Origin: Candidatus Poribacteria bacterium
GTDB lineage: Bacteria > Poribacteria > WGA-4E > UBA9662
Assembly (NCBI GenBank): GCA_036339735.1
Contig: JAYZAL010000066.1
Location: forward strand, 1-64,000
Direction of reading: 5' to 3'
Length of the DNA stretch: 64,000 bases
Shown here: piece by piece, positions 19,321 through 28,565 of the stretch
Layout of the letters: every line of letters starts with the position of its first letter
How positions within the stretch are numbered: position 1 is the first letter of the stretch
Made by a program: the position numbers and the translations under genes
The notes under the pieces: model-generated
Database searches by the model: none
What the model saw: only the letters and a program-made list of their open reading frames with translations
What the model was told of the DNA's origin: nothing

Positions 19321-20619
19321 TTAACTAATATGGTTAGCCATTAAGTTTTCGATATCTTCTATTTTTTTTGGGACGTTCTCTGTTAAAACTTCGTGCCCTT
19401 CCTCAGTGACCAGTACATCATCTTCGATACGGACACCAATACCAAGAAAACTATCAGGTACCCCTTCAGTATCCGCAGCAACATAAATGCCAGGCTCAAC
19501 TGTAGTAATCATTCCTGGTTGAAATGTACGAAAAATTTCACCGTCTTTGATCCGGCAAACATCATGAACATCTAGTCCTATTGGGTGTCCAATACCATGC
19601 ATATAGAATTTTCGATAAGCTTTTCCCTCGATAAGCTTGTCTTTTTTACCGTTTAATAGTCCAATCCGAATCATACCGTCAGTTAGTAAGTCAATAGCTG
19701 TATGATTTAGTGTGTCTATCTTTGTTCCCGGTTGAATTAATTGTATTAGGGCCATTTGTACTTCAAGTACGATTTGATAGATTAATCTTTGAGGCTCAGT
19801 AAATTTACCACTAGCGGGAAACGTCCGTGTCACATCACCATTATAATTTCTATGCTCGCAACCAGCATCAATCAATACTAGGTCTCCATCCTCAATTTGT
19901 TTGTTATTATCGGTGTAGTGTAGGATAGTAGCATTTCCTCCACTAGCAACGATGGTATTATAGGCGGAATAACCGTCATCTACTTTCCGAAAAACAGAAT
20001 CTATCATAGCCTCAATCTGATACTCATAAATCCCAGGTTTTGTTAACCTCATTGCTTTGATGTGTGCTTGAGCAGTAATTTCGGCTGCTCGTCGGACTCG
20101 TTTAACCTCCTCGCCGTTTTTTATCAAACGCATTTCAGCAAAAATGTCCGTCGGATCGACGATTGATTTTGGCCCAGTTCCTTGACTTGCCCGGTCACGA
20201 CGGTTTTTTGTAACAAAGTTCACTATCTTATCGTCGTAAATAGAGTCGCCAAGAGCATAGTAGATTTTACTACACCCTTCAACAAATTGATTGATTTCGT
20301 CATCAAATGAGTTAATCGGGAAGGCAACGTCTGCGCCAAAATCACTTACCGCATTCGCAACACCAACTCTCTTACCATCCCAAGTTTCAGCGCCCTTATC
20401 TTTAGGCAAAACAAATAGTATAAACTGGTACTTCTTATGATTTGGGGCTAATACACAAACCGCTTCTGGTTCTGGAAAACCCGTTAGGTAATATAAATTA
20501 CTGTTTTGGCGAAATTTGTAACTCATATTGTTCGAACGTTTTACTAATCTATGAGCTGGTAATATGGCCACTCCGTCGGCAATTCTTTCCATAAATCGGT
20601 TCCTGTTTTCTTTATACAC
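19321..20619 (-). CDS. pepP: Xaa-Pro aminopeptidase (M24B)
   Basis: FRQNSNLYYLTGF, LHY, IDAGCE, GDVTRTFP, HGIGHPIGLDVHD, TVEPGIY, GVRIEDDVLVT. Confidence 0.95.
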   Translation of the reverse strand: MYKENRNRFMERIADGVAILPAHRLVKRSNNMSYKFRQNSNLYYLTGFPEPEAVCVLAPNHKKYQFILFVLPKDKGAETWDGKRVGVANAVSDFGADVAFPINSFDDEINQFVEGCSKIYYALGDSIYDDKIVNFVTKNRRDRASQGTGPKSIVDPTDIFAEMRLIKNGEEVKRVRRAAEITAQAHIKAMRLTKPGIYEYQIEAMIDSVFRKVDDGYSAYNTIVASGGNATILHYTDNNKQIEDGDLVLIDAGCEHRNYNGDVTRTFPASGKFTEPQRLIYQIVLEVQMALIQLIQPGTKIDTLNHTAIDLLTDGMIRIGLLNGKKDKLIEGKAYRKFYMHGIGHPIGLDVHDVCRIKDGEIFRTFQPGMITTVEPGIYVAADTEGVPDSFLGIGVRIEDDVLVTEEGHEVLTENVPKKIEDIENLMANHIS

Positions 20620-20837
20620 GTCTTTTCACCTTCCGTCTTTTCTGGATTACACAAAACTGATTTAAATGTTACAGTAAATTTCGGTAGGTGAGGGAGTTTT
20701 TTCTATTTTTTATGGAACGACAGTTGCAACCAATTGTTGATTTTTGACGTTTTGTTCAGGTAAGCCCCAAAATTCTGGCATGTTGGTGAACATAATTATC
20801 AGCATTTTGGAAAGTCAAAGTCGCTCTGGCATTTCTG

Positions 20838-20866
20838 TTGCAAAACGGGCGGTTTTGTGTTAGAAT
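20838..20866 (+). promoter_or_regulatory. Sigma70-type promoter candidate for rpsA
   Basis: TTGCAA-N17-TAGAAT with extended TG, about 130 nt before the rpsA ATG. Confidence 0.6.
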
Positions 20867-20994
20867 ACTGACTTTGCTTACAGACGGGAAAATCGGATTG
20901 GCACACCGATAAACATTAACGGAGGACACGGGCTTAGTCAACAAATAACGATTGTTGTTTTAGTTTTTACTGGCTGAACCTAAAAGTGAGTTGA

Positions 20995-23022
20995 ATGAAC
21001 CAGGATCAGAAACAAGAAAATAGTCCTGACATGACCGGCGAGGAAGCGGATCAGGCGTCTATTGATGGCGACCACGAAGAGTCATCAGCAGATGAAAAAA
21101 CGACGGTTTCAAATGAAATTGAGGAATTGGTAGTGGATGGCGAAGAGAAGTCGCTTGCTGGCGGAGAATCGAATACTGGTTCTTCTGGAGACGCGCAAGA
21201 AGAGGACGCTGTTACTGAAGGTGTAGTTGAAGACAACATGGCTGAAATGGATATGGAAGCCCTTTTGTCTGCTACTGATAGTTCGTTTGAGTCCGTTTCA
21301 GAAGGGCAAATTGTACCGGGAATAATTGTCAGCATCAGCTCGGATGAAGTGTTAGTAGATATAGGTTTCAAGTCTGAGGGCATCATTTCCACATCTGAGT
21401 TTGAGACTGATGATGAAGGTAAGCTGAAAATTGGCCTTGGGGATGAAATTGAAGTCTACGTCGTTAGGAAGGAAAATCTCGACGGTCAGGTAGAATTGTC
21501 CAAATCCCAGGCTGATGTTCAGAGGGCTTGGAACAGGATTGCCCAAGCATTTAATGAAAACGAGGTAGTCTCTGGTACACTCAACGAGCGTGTCAAAGGC
21601 GGTATGAGTGTTGAGGTTGACGGATTGCGCGGTTTCTTACCAGCTTCCCAGATTGAGTTGCGTGCAGTACCCGATTTAGATGACTATATCGGCAAAACAC
21701 TTGACATGCGAGTGGTTAAGTTTAACCGCCGGAGAGACAATATCGTCCTATCTAGACGAGTACTCCTTGAAGAAGCACAGGATGTTAAGAAGACTGAACT
21801 GTTAGGGCGAATCGAAACGGGAAAACTGATTAAAGGAATTGTCAAGAGTATTGCACCTTTTGGTGTCTTCGTTGATCTAGATGGAATCGATGGTCTATTG
21901 CATCGGAGCGATATGTCCTGGGGAAAAGTGAACCATCCTTCTGAGATGTTAGCGATAGGAGACGAGGTCGAAACACTAGTTATCGATGTCGATCAAGAAA
22001 ATGAGAGAATATCGCTCGGCTTAAAGCAGAAAACAACGGATCCTTGGTTGTCAGTACCTGATAAGTATCCGGTAGACACAATTGTCAAGGGTGAAGTTGT
22101 CAACATTGTCAGTTATGGCGCTTTCGTAGAAATTGAAGATGGCGTTGAAGGGTTGATTCATGTTTCGGAAATGTCGTGGACACAAAGGAACGTAGCTTTG
22201 TCCAAAATTGTTGGGAAAGGAGATACCGTCGAAGCTCGCGTATTGTCTCTAGATTCCGTTGGTCGACGAATTTCTCTGAGTTTGAAGCAATTAGCAGCAA
22301 ACCCGTGGGAACTCTTGGAATCTAAATATCCCAAAGATACTCGCTTATCAGGGGTTGTTAAGAACCTAACTAAGTTCGGAGCCTTTGTGGAAATTGAGCC
22401 TGGCATTGACGGACTGGTCCATACATCTGACTTTTCCTGGACTGAACGTAACGTAGTTCCTAGCCAAATCTTGAAAAAAGGAGATGAGGTCGATGTAGTG
22501 GTACTCGAAATCAACTCTGCTGAACAACGAATTTCGCTCAGTATTAAACATAATGTGCCGGATCCGTGGGAAGAGGTAACAGCCAGATATAAGCGCGGCT
22601 CAACAGTTCAAGGCCAAGTAGTCAATCTGACTGATTTTGGAGCCTTCGTCAAACTTGAAGAAGGGGTAGAAGGCCTGATTCATATTTCGGAATTGGCCGA
22701 CTACCGGGTCAATCGTCCGAATGAAGTAGTTAGTGTTGGAGATCAACTTGACCTCAAGGTGATAGAAATAAACCCTGATAAGCATCGCATCGGATTGAGT
22801 CTTCGTCGGGCTAAAGCTGAAGAAGGAGGAACTGCGGTTCGTGAACCGGCTAAAGATCGCGAACCTAGTAAGCGTCAGTATGAGCCGCCTGCCCGCCGGC
22901 GTTCAAGGCCTGCTCCAGTGGCCGATGAGAAGCCTAATATATCCGATGAGCCAACTAGCTTTGGGTCTCTCTTGCAACAGACACTGGGACGTACAATGAC
23001 TAGTAACCAAGAAGAAGAATAA
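20995..23022 (+). CDS. rpsA: 30S ribosomal protein S1 (six S1 domains, long acidic N-terminal extension)
   Basis: VDIGFKSEG, FLPASQ, repeated (F/Y)G(A/V)FV..G(I/V)(D/E)GL(I/L/V)H motifs and RISLSLK. Confidence 0.96.
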   Translation: MNQDQKQENSPDMTGEEADQASIDGDHEESSADEKTTVSNEIEELVVDGEEKSLAGGESNTGSSGDAQEEDAVTEGVVEDNMAEMDMEALLSATDSSFESVSEGQIVPGIIVSISSDEVLVDIGFKSEGIISTSEFETDDEGKLKIGLGDEIEVYVVRKENLDGQVELSKSQADVQRAWNRIAQAFNENEVVSGTLNERVKGGMSVEVDGLRGFLPASQIELRAVPDLDDYIGKTLDMRVVKFNRRRDNIVLSRRVLLEEAQDVKKTELLGRIETGKLIKGIVKSIAPFGVFVDLDGIDGLLHRSDMSWGKVNHPSEMLAIGDEVETLVIDVDQENERISLGLKQKTTDPWLSVPDKYPVDTIVKGEVVNIVSYGAFVEIEDGVEGLIHVSEMSWTQRNVALSKIVGKGDTVEARVLSLDSVGRRISLSLKQLAANPWELLESKYPKDTRLSGVVKNLTKFGAFVEIEPGIDGLVHTSDFSWTERNVVPSQILKKGDEVDVVVLEINSAEQRISLSIKHNVPDPWEEVTARYKRGSTVQGQVVNLTDFGAFVKLEEGVEGLIHISELADYRVNRPNEVVSVGDQLDLKVIEINPDKHRIGLSLRRAKAEEGGTAVREPAKDREPSKRQYEPPARRRSRPAPVADEKPNISDEPTSFGSLLQQTLGRTMTSNQEEE

Positions 23023-23055
23023 CTAAATCAAACATTTTTTGACAAAATGACTAAC

Positions 23056-23091
23056 AAAAGGCTAGCTTATACAACTGAGCTGGCCTTTTTT
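23056..23091 (+). terminator. Rho-independent terminator after rpsA
   Basis: AAAAGGCTAGCT-loop-AGCTGGCCTTTTTT hairpin with T-tract. Confidence 0.8.
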
Positions 23092-23149
23092 ATTTCCATT
23101 GTCATACATTATAATACTATAATACTCAACCTGTTATCTACTGGAGAAT

Positions 23150-24301
23150 ATGTTGAATACTGCTTCTAATTCTGATTTCGTATTTACCTCGGAGTCGATT
23201 ACTGAAGGGCACCCTGACAAAATGGCTGATTCTATCTCAGACTCGATTCTGGATGCTATTTTATCTGAGGACCCAGTCGCACGTGTTGCCTGTGAAACCT
23301 TAGTTACTACTGGCTTAGCTCTTGTTTCAGGTGAAATCACTACAACGTCTTCTGTGAATATCCCGGGGGTTGTCCGCGAAGTTGCGAGACAAATTGGTTA
23401 TACTAAGGCTGAATATGGGTTTGATGCTACCCATTCGTCAGTACTTACTTCAATCGATGAGCAATCACCAGATATTGCCGTGGGTGTTGACCAATTAGGT
23501 GCTGGGGATCAGGGGATGATGTTTGGGTACGCTTGCAAAGAGACTCCACAACTGATGCCTTTGCCAATTATGACAGCACATCAGTTAACCCGTCGTCTAA
23601 CTATTGCACGAAAGGAGAAAATTTTAGATTTTCTGAGGCCAGACGGGAAATCGCAGGTATCAGTTCAATACACGGACGGCCAACCGAGCATCCGAGCCGT
23701 TGTAATTTCTACACAACATGATCCTGAAATTGACACCGTGGATTTACGTGAGGCCATAGTAGAAGAGATTATAAAACCCATAATTCCTATTACACTACGT
23801 CATCCAGACATTGTTTATCATATTAACCCTACAGGTCGCTTTGTGACAGGAGGGCCACAGGGTGATACTGGGTTGACAGGACGCAAAATCATTGCTGACA
23901 CTTATGGTGGAATGGGGCGTCACGGTGGTGGAGCCTTTTCAGGTAAAGATCCAACCAAAGTGGATCGAAGCGCAGCCTATGCTGCCCGTCACGTAGCAAA
24001 AAATATTGTTGCCGCAGGCTTGGCTGAACGATGTGAAGTTCAGTTATCTTATGCCATTGGTGTAGTTGAGCCGACATCGATTATGGTCGAAACTTTCGGT
24101 ACTAGTAATCTGTCAGATGAAAAATTGACCCAATTGGTGACTCACCATTTTGATTTGACTCCATTGGGTATAATCGAAGGGCTAGAGTTACGACAGCCAA
24201 TTTACCGACAGACAGCCGCATATGGACATTTTGGTCGAGAAGAACCAGGATTCACTTGGGAACTGACGAACTACGTTGATCGGTTAAGAGCTGACGTCTA
24301 G
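23150..24301 (+). CDS. metK: S-adenosylmethionine synthetase
   Basis: [59 protein letters not shown]. Confidence 0.98.
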   Translation: MLNTASNSDFVFTSESITEGHPDKMADSISDSILDAILSEDPVARVACETLVTTGLALVSGEITTTSSVNIPGVVREVARQIGYTKAEYGFDATHSSVLTSIDEQSPDIAVGVDQLGAGDQGMMFGYACKETPQLMPLPIMTAHQLTRRLTIARKEKILDFLRPDGKSQVSVQYTDGQPSIRAVVISTQHDPEIDTVDLREAIVEEIIKPIIPITLRHPDIVYHINPTGRFVTGGPQGDTGLTGRKIIADTYGGMGRHGGGAFSGKDPTKVDRSAAYAARHVAKNIVAAGLAERCEVQLSYAIGVVEPTSIMVETFGTSNLSDEKLTQLVTHHFDLTPLGIIEGLELRQPIYRQTAAYGHFGREEPGFTWELTNYVDRLRADV

Positions 24302-24360
24302 AATATCTAACAACCAAAATAATACAATATTTTATCTTTTAACACAATAGCGAGACTAAC

Positions 24361-25623
24361 GTGAAGTACGACATTAAAGATCCTAATCTATCTGAAACTG
24401 GCAAACAACGAATTTACTGGGCTGATCGGTTCATGCCAGTCCTCAGTCAGATCCGAGAGAGATTTGAAATTGAAAAGCCACTAGTGGGCACTCGGATTGC
24501 TGCGTGTCTGCATGTGACTACAGAAACTGCTAACTTAATGAGAACCTTAAAAGCTGGTGGAGCTGAAACGGTTTTGTGCGCGTCTAATCCTTTGTCAACT
24601 CAAGATGATGTAGCCGCATCCCTAGTGGTCAACGACGAGATTCCAGTTTTTGCTATCAATGGTGAAAACACTGAAACTTATTATCAACATATTGACTCGG
24701 CGATTGACTTCAAACCCACTATTACTATGGATGATGGTGCCGATTTGGTTTCTAAATTACATAGTGGAGATGTCAAAAGTGAGATTGTGGATGGTTTAGT
24801 TGCTGGGACCGAAGAAACAACCACCGGCGTTATCCGTTTGAAAAGTATGGCTTCGGAAGGGGTATTGAAATACCCTATCATTGCTGTCAACGACGCAAAG
24901 ACCAAACATCTGTTTGATAACCGTTATGGCACGGGACAAAGTACACTTGATGGCATTGTTCGGGCTACTAACCTGCTTATAGCTGGTACTACGTTTGTTG
25001 TCGGTGGGTATGGTTGGTGTGCCAGAGGCTTAGCAAGTCGGGCTAGGGGATTGGGAGCTGAAGTAATTGTGACTGAGGTTGACCCAATGGTTGCTTTAGA
25101 AGCAGTGATGGACGGTTTTCGCGTAATGCCGATGATTGAAGCTGTTAAAGAGGCTAACGTTGTTTGTACGGTTACCGGCGACATTCACGTTTTGAGACAT
25201 GAACACTTCGAAGTTATGAAAGATGGATGTATGGTGGCTAACTCAGGCCATTTCAACGTTGAAATCGATATTCCTGCGCTTGAATCCTTAAGCCAAAGTA
25301 AGGTTACCGTTCGAGAGTATGTGGAAGAATACAAACTCAAAGATGGCAGGAAAATTTATCTCTTGGGTCAAGGGCGGCTAATTAATTTGGCAGCGGCTGA
25401 AGGACACCCCGCTAGCGTAATGGATATGAGTTTTGCCAATCAAGCTTTGTCTGCTGAATATATTGTTCAACAATACCAAAACATGGATAAACAAGTCTAT
25501 TCTGTACCGAATGATATTGATCAAACCATAGCTAGTCTGAAATTAGCAGCATTGGGTATTGAGATTGATGAGTTAACTGAAGAACAAGAAACCTACCTGA
25601 ACTCTTGGACTATGGGAACCTAG
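24361..25623 (+). CDS. ahcY: Adenosylhomocysteinase
   Basis: [63 protein letters not shown]. Confidence 0.98.
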   Translation: MKYDIKDPNLSETGKQRIYWADRFMPVLSQIRERFEIEKPLVGTRIAACLHVTTETANLMRTLKAGGAETVLCASNPLSTQDDVAASLVVNDEIPVFAINGENTETYYQHIDSAIDFKPTITMDDGADLVSKLHSGDVKSEIVDGLVAGTEETTTGVIRLKSMASEGVLKYPIIAVNDAKTKHLFDNRYGTGQSTLDGIVRATNLLIAGTTFVVGGYGWCARGLASRARGLGAEVIVTEVDPMVALEAVMDGFRVMPMIEAVKEANVVCTVTGDIHVLRHEHFEVMKDGCMVANSGHFNVEIDIPALESLSQSKVTVREYVEEYKLKDGRKIYLLGQGRLINLAAAEGHPASVMDMSFANQALSAEYIVQQYQNMDKQVYSVPNDIDQTIASLKLAALGIEIDELTEEQETYLNSWTMGT

Positions 25624-25654
25624 ATACAAATGTCAACGGTCCTAAATTGAGGAT

Positions 25655-25885
25655 ATGTGGAACTGGATTAAAAAGTCTGAACTCTGGGAAAATATCGTTT
25701 TGATTATCGGTGTTTTTTCTCTTTGGCCGACAATCGCACTGAGAGATAAACCACTCGAAGCATATAGTGGGTGGGTTGGAGTTTATCGACGTTACCTTGG
25801 TTTGTTAATTTTGGTTTTATTAATAATTTTAGCTCGTCGATTATATCGAATTACGATGGCCTTCAAAGAACAAAATCGGCGTTAG
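25655..25885 (+). CDS. Small two-TM membrane protein, unknown function
   Basis: GAGGA Shine-Dalgarno before ATG; two hydrophobic segments; fills the gap between ahcY and the kinase with short spacers. Confidence 0.7.
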   Translation: MWNWIKKSELWENIVLIIGVFSLWPTIALRDKPLEAYSGWVGVYRRYLGLLILVLLIILARRLYRITMAFKEQNRR

Positions 25886-25899
25886 TAGAAAAGTAAAAA

Positions 25900-26808
25900 A
25901 TGAGTATTTTAGTTGTTGGTTCGGTTGCACTTGATACAGTAGAAACGCCAAACGGTAAAGTTGTGGATTCACTCGGCGGATCAGCTACCTACTTTTCTGT
26001 AGCTGCGAGCTTTTTCCCTTCTACTATCCGGTTCGTGGGTGCGGTCGGAGATGACTTTCCCAAGGAGCATATAGATTTTTTAAAAAATCGAGGAATTAAC
26101 CTCGATGGATTAGATCAAATAAGAGGTGGAAAAACCTTTCGCTGGGGAGGTAGCTACATTGATGACCTCAATTCTGCACAGACCCATTTCACTGAATTGA
26201 ACGTTTTTGGTCATTTCGCTCCCAAATTGCCAAATTCTTACCGCGATACACCTTATGTCTTCCTTGCTAATATTAACCCAGAGTTACAACTTGAAGTTTT
26301 GAAGCAAGTTCGCAAATCGAAATTAGTCGTTTGTGACACTATGAACCTCTGGATCGATATTAGTAAGCCGGCGTTGATGGAAACACTGAAACAAGTTGAC
26401 ATTCTGATTATCAACGACAGTGAAGCCAAGCAACTTACCCAAGAAAGTAACCTGATTAAAGCTGGTAGACAAATTTTGACTTATGGTCCCAGCCGAGTAA
26501 TCATTAAGAAAGGTGAGCATGGAGCTCTCAGCCTAACGGAATCCGAATTTTTTGCATTGCCAGCGTATCCCTTGGCTAGTGTTTCTGATCCTACCGGTGC
26601 TGGTGACAGTTTTGCCGGTGCTTTTATGGGGCATCTGGCTAGTACAGACCAGCCAGACAATGAAGAAGCAATTCGACAGGCTATTGGGTATGGAACAATC
26701 GTTGCTTCTTTTAACGTTGGGGATTTTAGCCTTAATCGTCTGCGCAATTTAACTATTTTTGAAATAGAAGAACGTTATGAACAACTGCGAAAGATGGTCA
26801 ATTTCTAA
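25900..26808 (+). CDS. PfkB family carbohydrate/nucleoside kinase (probable adenosine kinase-like)
   Basis: VVGSVALD, LGGSATY, IKKGEHGA, DPTGAGDSFAG. Substrate inferred from its position after ahcY. Confidence 0.85.
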   Translation: MSILVVGSVALDTVETPNGKVVDSLGGSATYFSVAASFFPSTIRFVGAVGDDFPKEHIDFLKNRGINLDGLDQIRGGKTFRWGGSYIDDLNSAQTHFTELNVFGHFAPKLPNSYRDTPYVFLANINPELQLEVLKQVRKSKLVVCDTMNLWIDISKPALMETLKQVDILIINDSEAKQLTQESNLIKAGRQILTYGPSRVIIKKGEHGALSLTESEFFALPAYPLASVSDPTGAGDSFAGAFMGHLASTDQPDNEEAIRQAIGYGTIVASFNVGDFSLNRLRNLTIFEIEERYEQLRKMVNF

Positions 26809-26824
26809 TCGGCCTGTGATTGGG

Positions 26825-28084
26825 TTAGAAACTTCGGAAAGCTTGCTCCATTCTTTTAATTCCCTCTTCGGCCTCAGTAGGCTGAATGATCAAGGGTGGG
26901 GCTATTCGCAGAACGTTTCCAGCCAGTGGCCCCATTAGGTGTAGATTTTGGTGATAACAAGCTAAGACTGCTTGATTAGCCATTTTGTCATTTTCCATTT
27001 CTAGCCCCCAAACTAACCCCTCTCCACGTACCTTTCGGGCGAACTCGAAAGTATCGGTCAAATAGCATAAACCATCTTGGATAATTTTGCTGACTAGTTG
27101 GCAATTATCCAAAATTGGGAATGTATCGAAGGTATCTAAAACAGCTAGAATCGCGGCACAACCATTTGGTGTTCCGCTAAAAGTATCAGAAACCTCGCCG
27201 TAATCAAATGTGGTCAGCAAATCAGGTCGACCAATGACAGCGACAATCGGTTCACCATTCCCAATTCCTTTACCACAAACTACTAGGTCAGGAGTTAGTC
27301 CGTACTTCTTAGTAGCATACATTTCACCAGTTCGGCCGTGGCAAGATTGAACTTCGTCTAGAATAAAGATTACTTGATGACGTTGGCACCAGTCGTTGAG
27401 AAGTGGTAAATACCAATCTGGTGGATGATAAGACCCTTTCGCACCCAAATAAGGTTCGGTAACTAACATGGAAATTTGGTTCATATATTCTTTTTGAAGG
27501 TTAGCCAATTGTGCTACAACCTGTTGCTTCTGTTCGGACGTTGGCTGATCTCGTATGTCACGGACCATAGGAAAATCTATCCATCGTACATTAGGATTTT
27601 TGCTTTGGTCGCCAGTTATATCTCCAGCTAATCCTTTCTTACCATGAAATCCGTAACGCGTGGCTAAGATAATATGTCGATCTGGATGATAATTTTGTGC
27701 TGCCCACATAGCTTTGATAATACCAGCAGAGCCACAGGCAGCCCATAGCACTTTTTGCATATGAGGCAAATCAAAACTCTCAATTAGTCTTTGAGCAGCC
27801 TCAACTTCGACTTTAGTAAGCAAATTGTACGCATTACGAGGTAGGCCATTAGCATACTTCGACAGTTGTTGTTCAAAGTATGGGTGTTGATGACCTAGAT
27901 TAGCAACCAAAACACCAGAGGCAAAATCCATTAATTTTACCCCTTCCATATTTTGCAGCCAAATACCTTCAGCATTGTCGACAACTAGTTGAGTTGGAGT
28001 GTAAGTTTTTTGGCCTTTGGTAACTAATTGGCTGAGCTTATGACGAATCTCGTTGGATTGGTTCTCACCTGAAATTTGAATCAT
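26825..28084 (-). CDS. Class III PLP-dependent aminotransferase, substrate unknown
   Basis: DFASGVLVANLGH, GFHG, DEVQSCHGRTG, GKGIGNG (PLP Lys), TFSGTP, VLRIAPPL. Confidence 0.88.
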   Translation of the reverse strand: MIQISGENQSNEIRHKLSQLVTKGQKTYTPTQLVVDNAEGIWLQNMEGVKLMDFASGVLVANLGHQHPYFEQQLSKYANGLPRNAYNLLTKVEVEAAQRLIESFDLPHMQKVLWAACGSAGIIKAMWAAQNYHPDRHIILATRYGFHGKKGLAGDITGDQSKNPNVRWIDFPMVRDIRDQPTSEQKQQVVAQLANLQKEYMNQISMLVTEPYLGAKGSYHPPDWYLPLLNDWCQRHQVIFILDEVQSCHGRTGEMYATKKYGLTPDLVVCGKGIGNGEPIVAVIGRPDLLTTFDYGEVSDTFSGTPNGCAAILAVLDTFDTFPILDNCQLVSKIIQDGLCYLTDTFEFARKVRGEGLVWGLEMENDKMANQAVLACYHQNLHLMGPLAGNVLRIAPPLIIQPTEAEEGIKRMEQAFRSF

Positions 28085-28565
28085 TTGGTTTTTTATCCTA
28101 TTTTTTGATACGGACTAAATCGTCTGATAAAAATTATTATTTCATGGTTACTGACTATCATAATTTGACTAAACTGAAATCACTGAGTGTTTCATTCTAC
28201 ATTATCACGTTGCAACAGGCTCTCTGTAGGCAAATTTCTCTATTTTATGATGAGCTCACTTGGAAAAATAGCTGAGTTTGTGTTGTTATGTTCATTAAAA
28301 GTACGGGACATATCGGTTAGGTACACAATTGTAAGTCAATGATTTAAAACGCTAATATCGAAATAAATGTCAGAGTTGGATATACTAGCTAGTTCAACAA
28401 CTGAATCGAGCAAAATGGCTGTTTAAATTTTGGCCACCAAATAAGTGCTGATATGTGGAACTATGTTAACGGGCCTATTACCCGAAATCAAGTGTGCTTA
28501 GGCTGGATCTCATCAATGTAAATTTTTATAGACTGAAACGATTTCTTCACTAGGATTAACAAAGT

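Noticed and set aside
23023-23149. Possible SAM riboswitch upstream of metK
   Set aside because: The region is short and AT-rich, explained by the rpsA terminator and TATAAT boxes; no SAM-I/II consensus seen.
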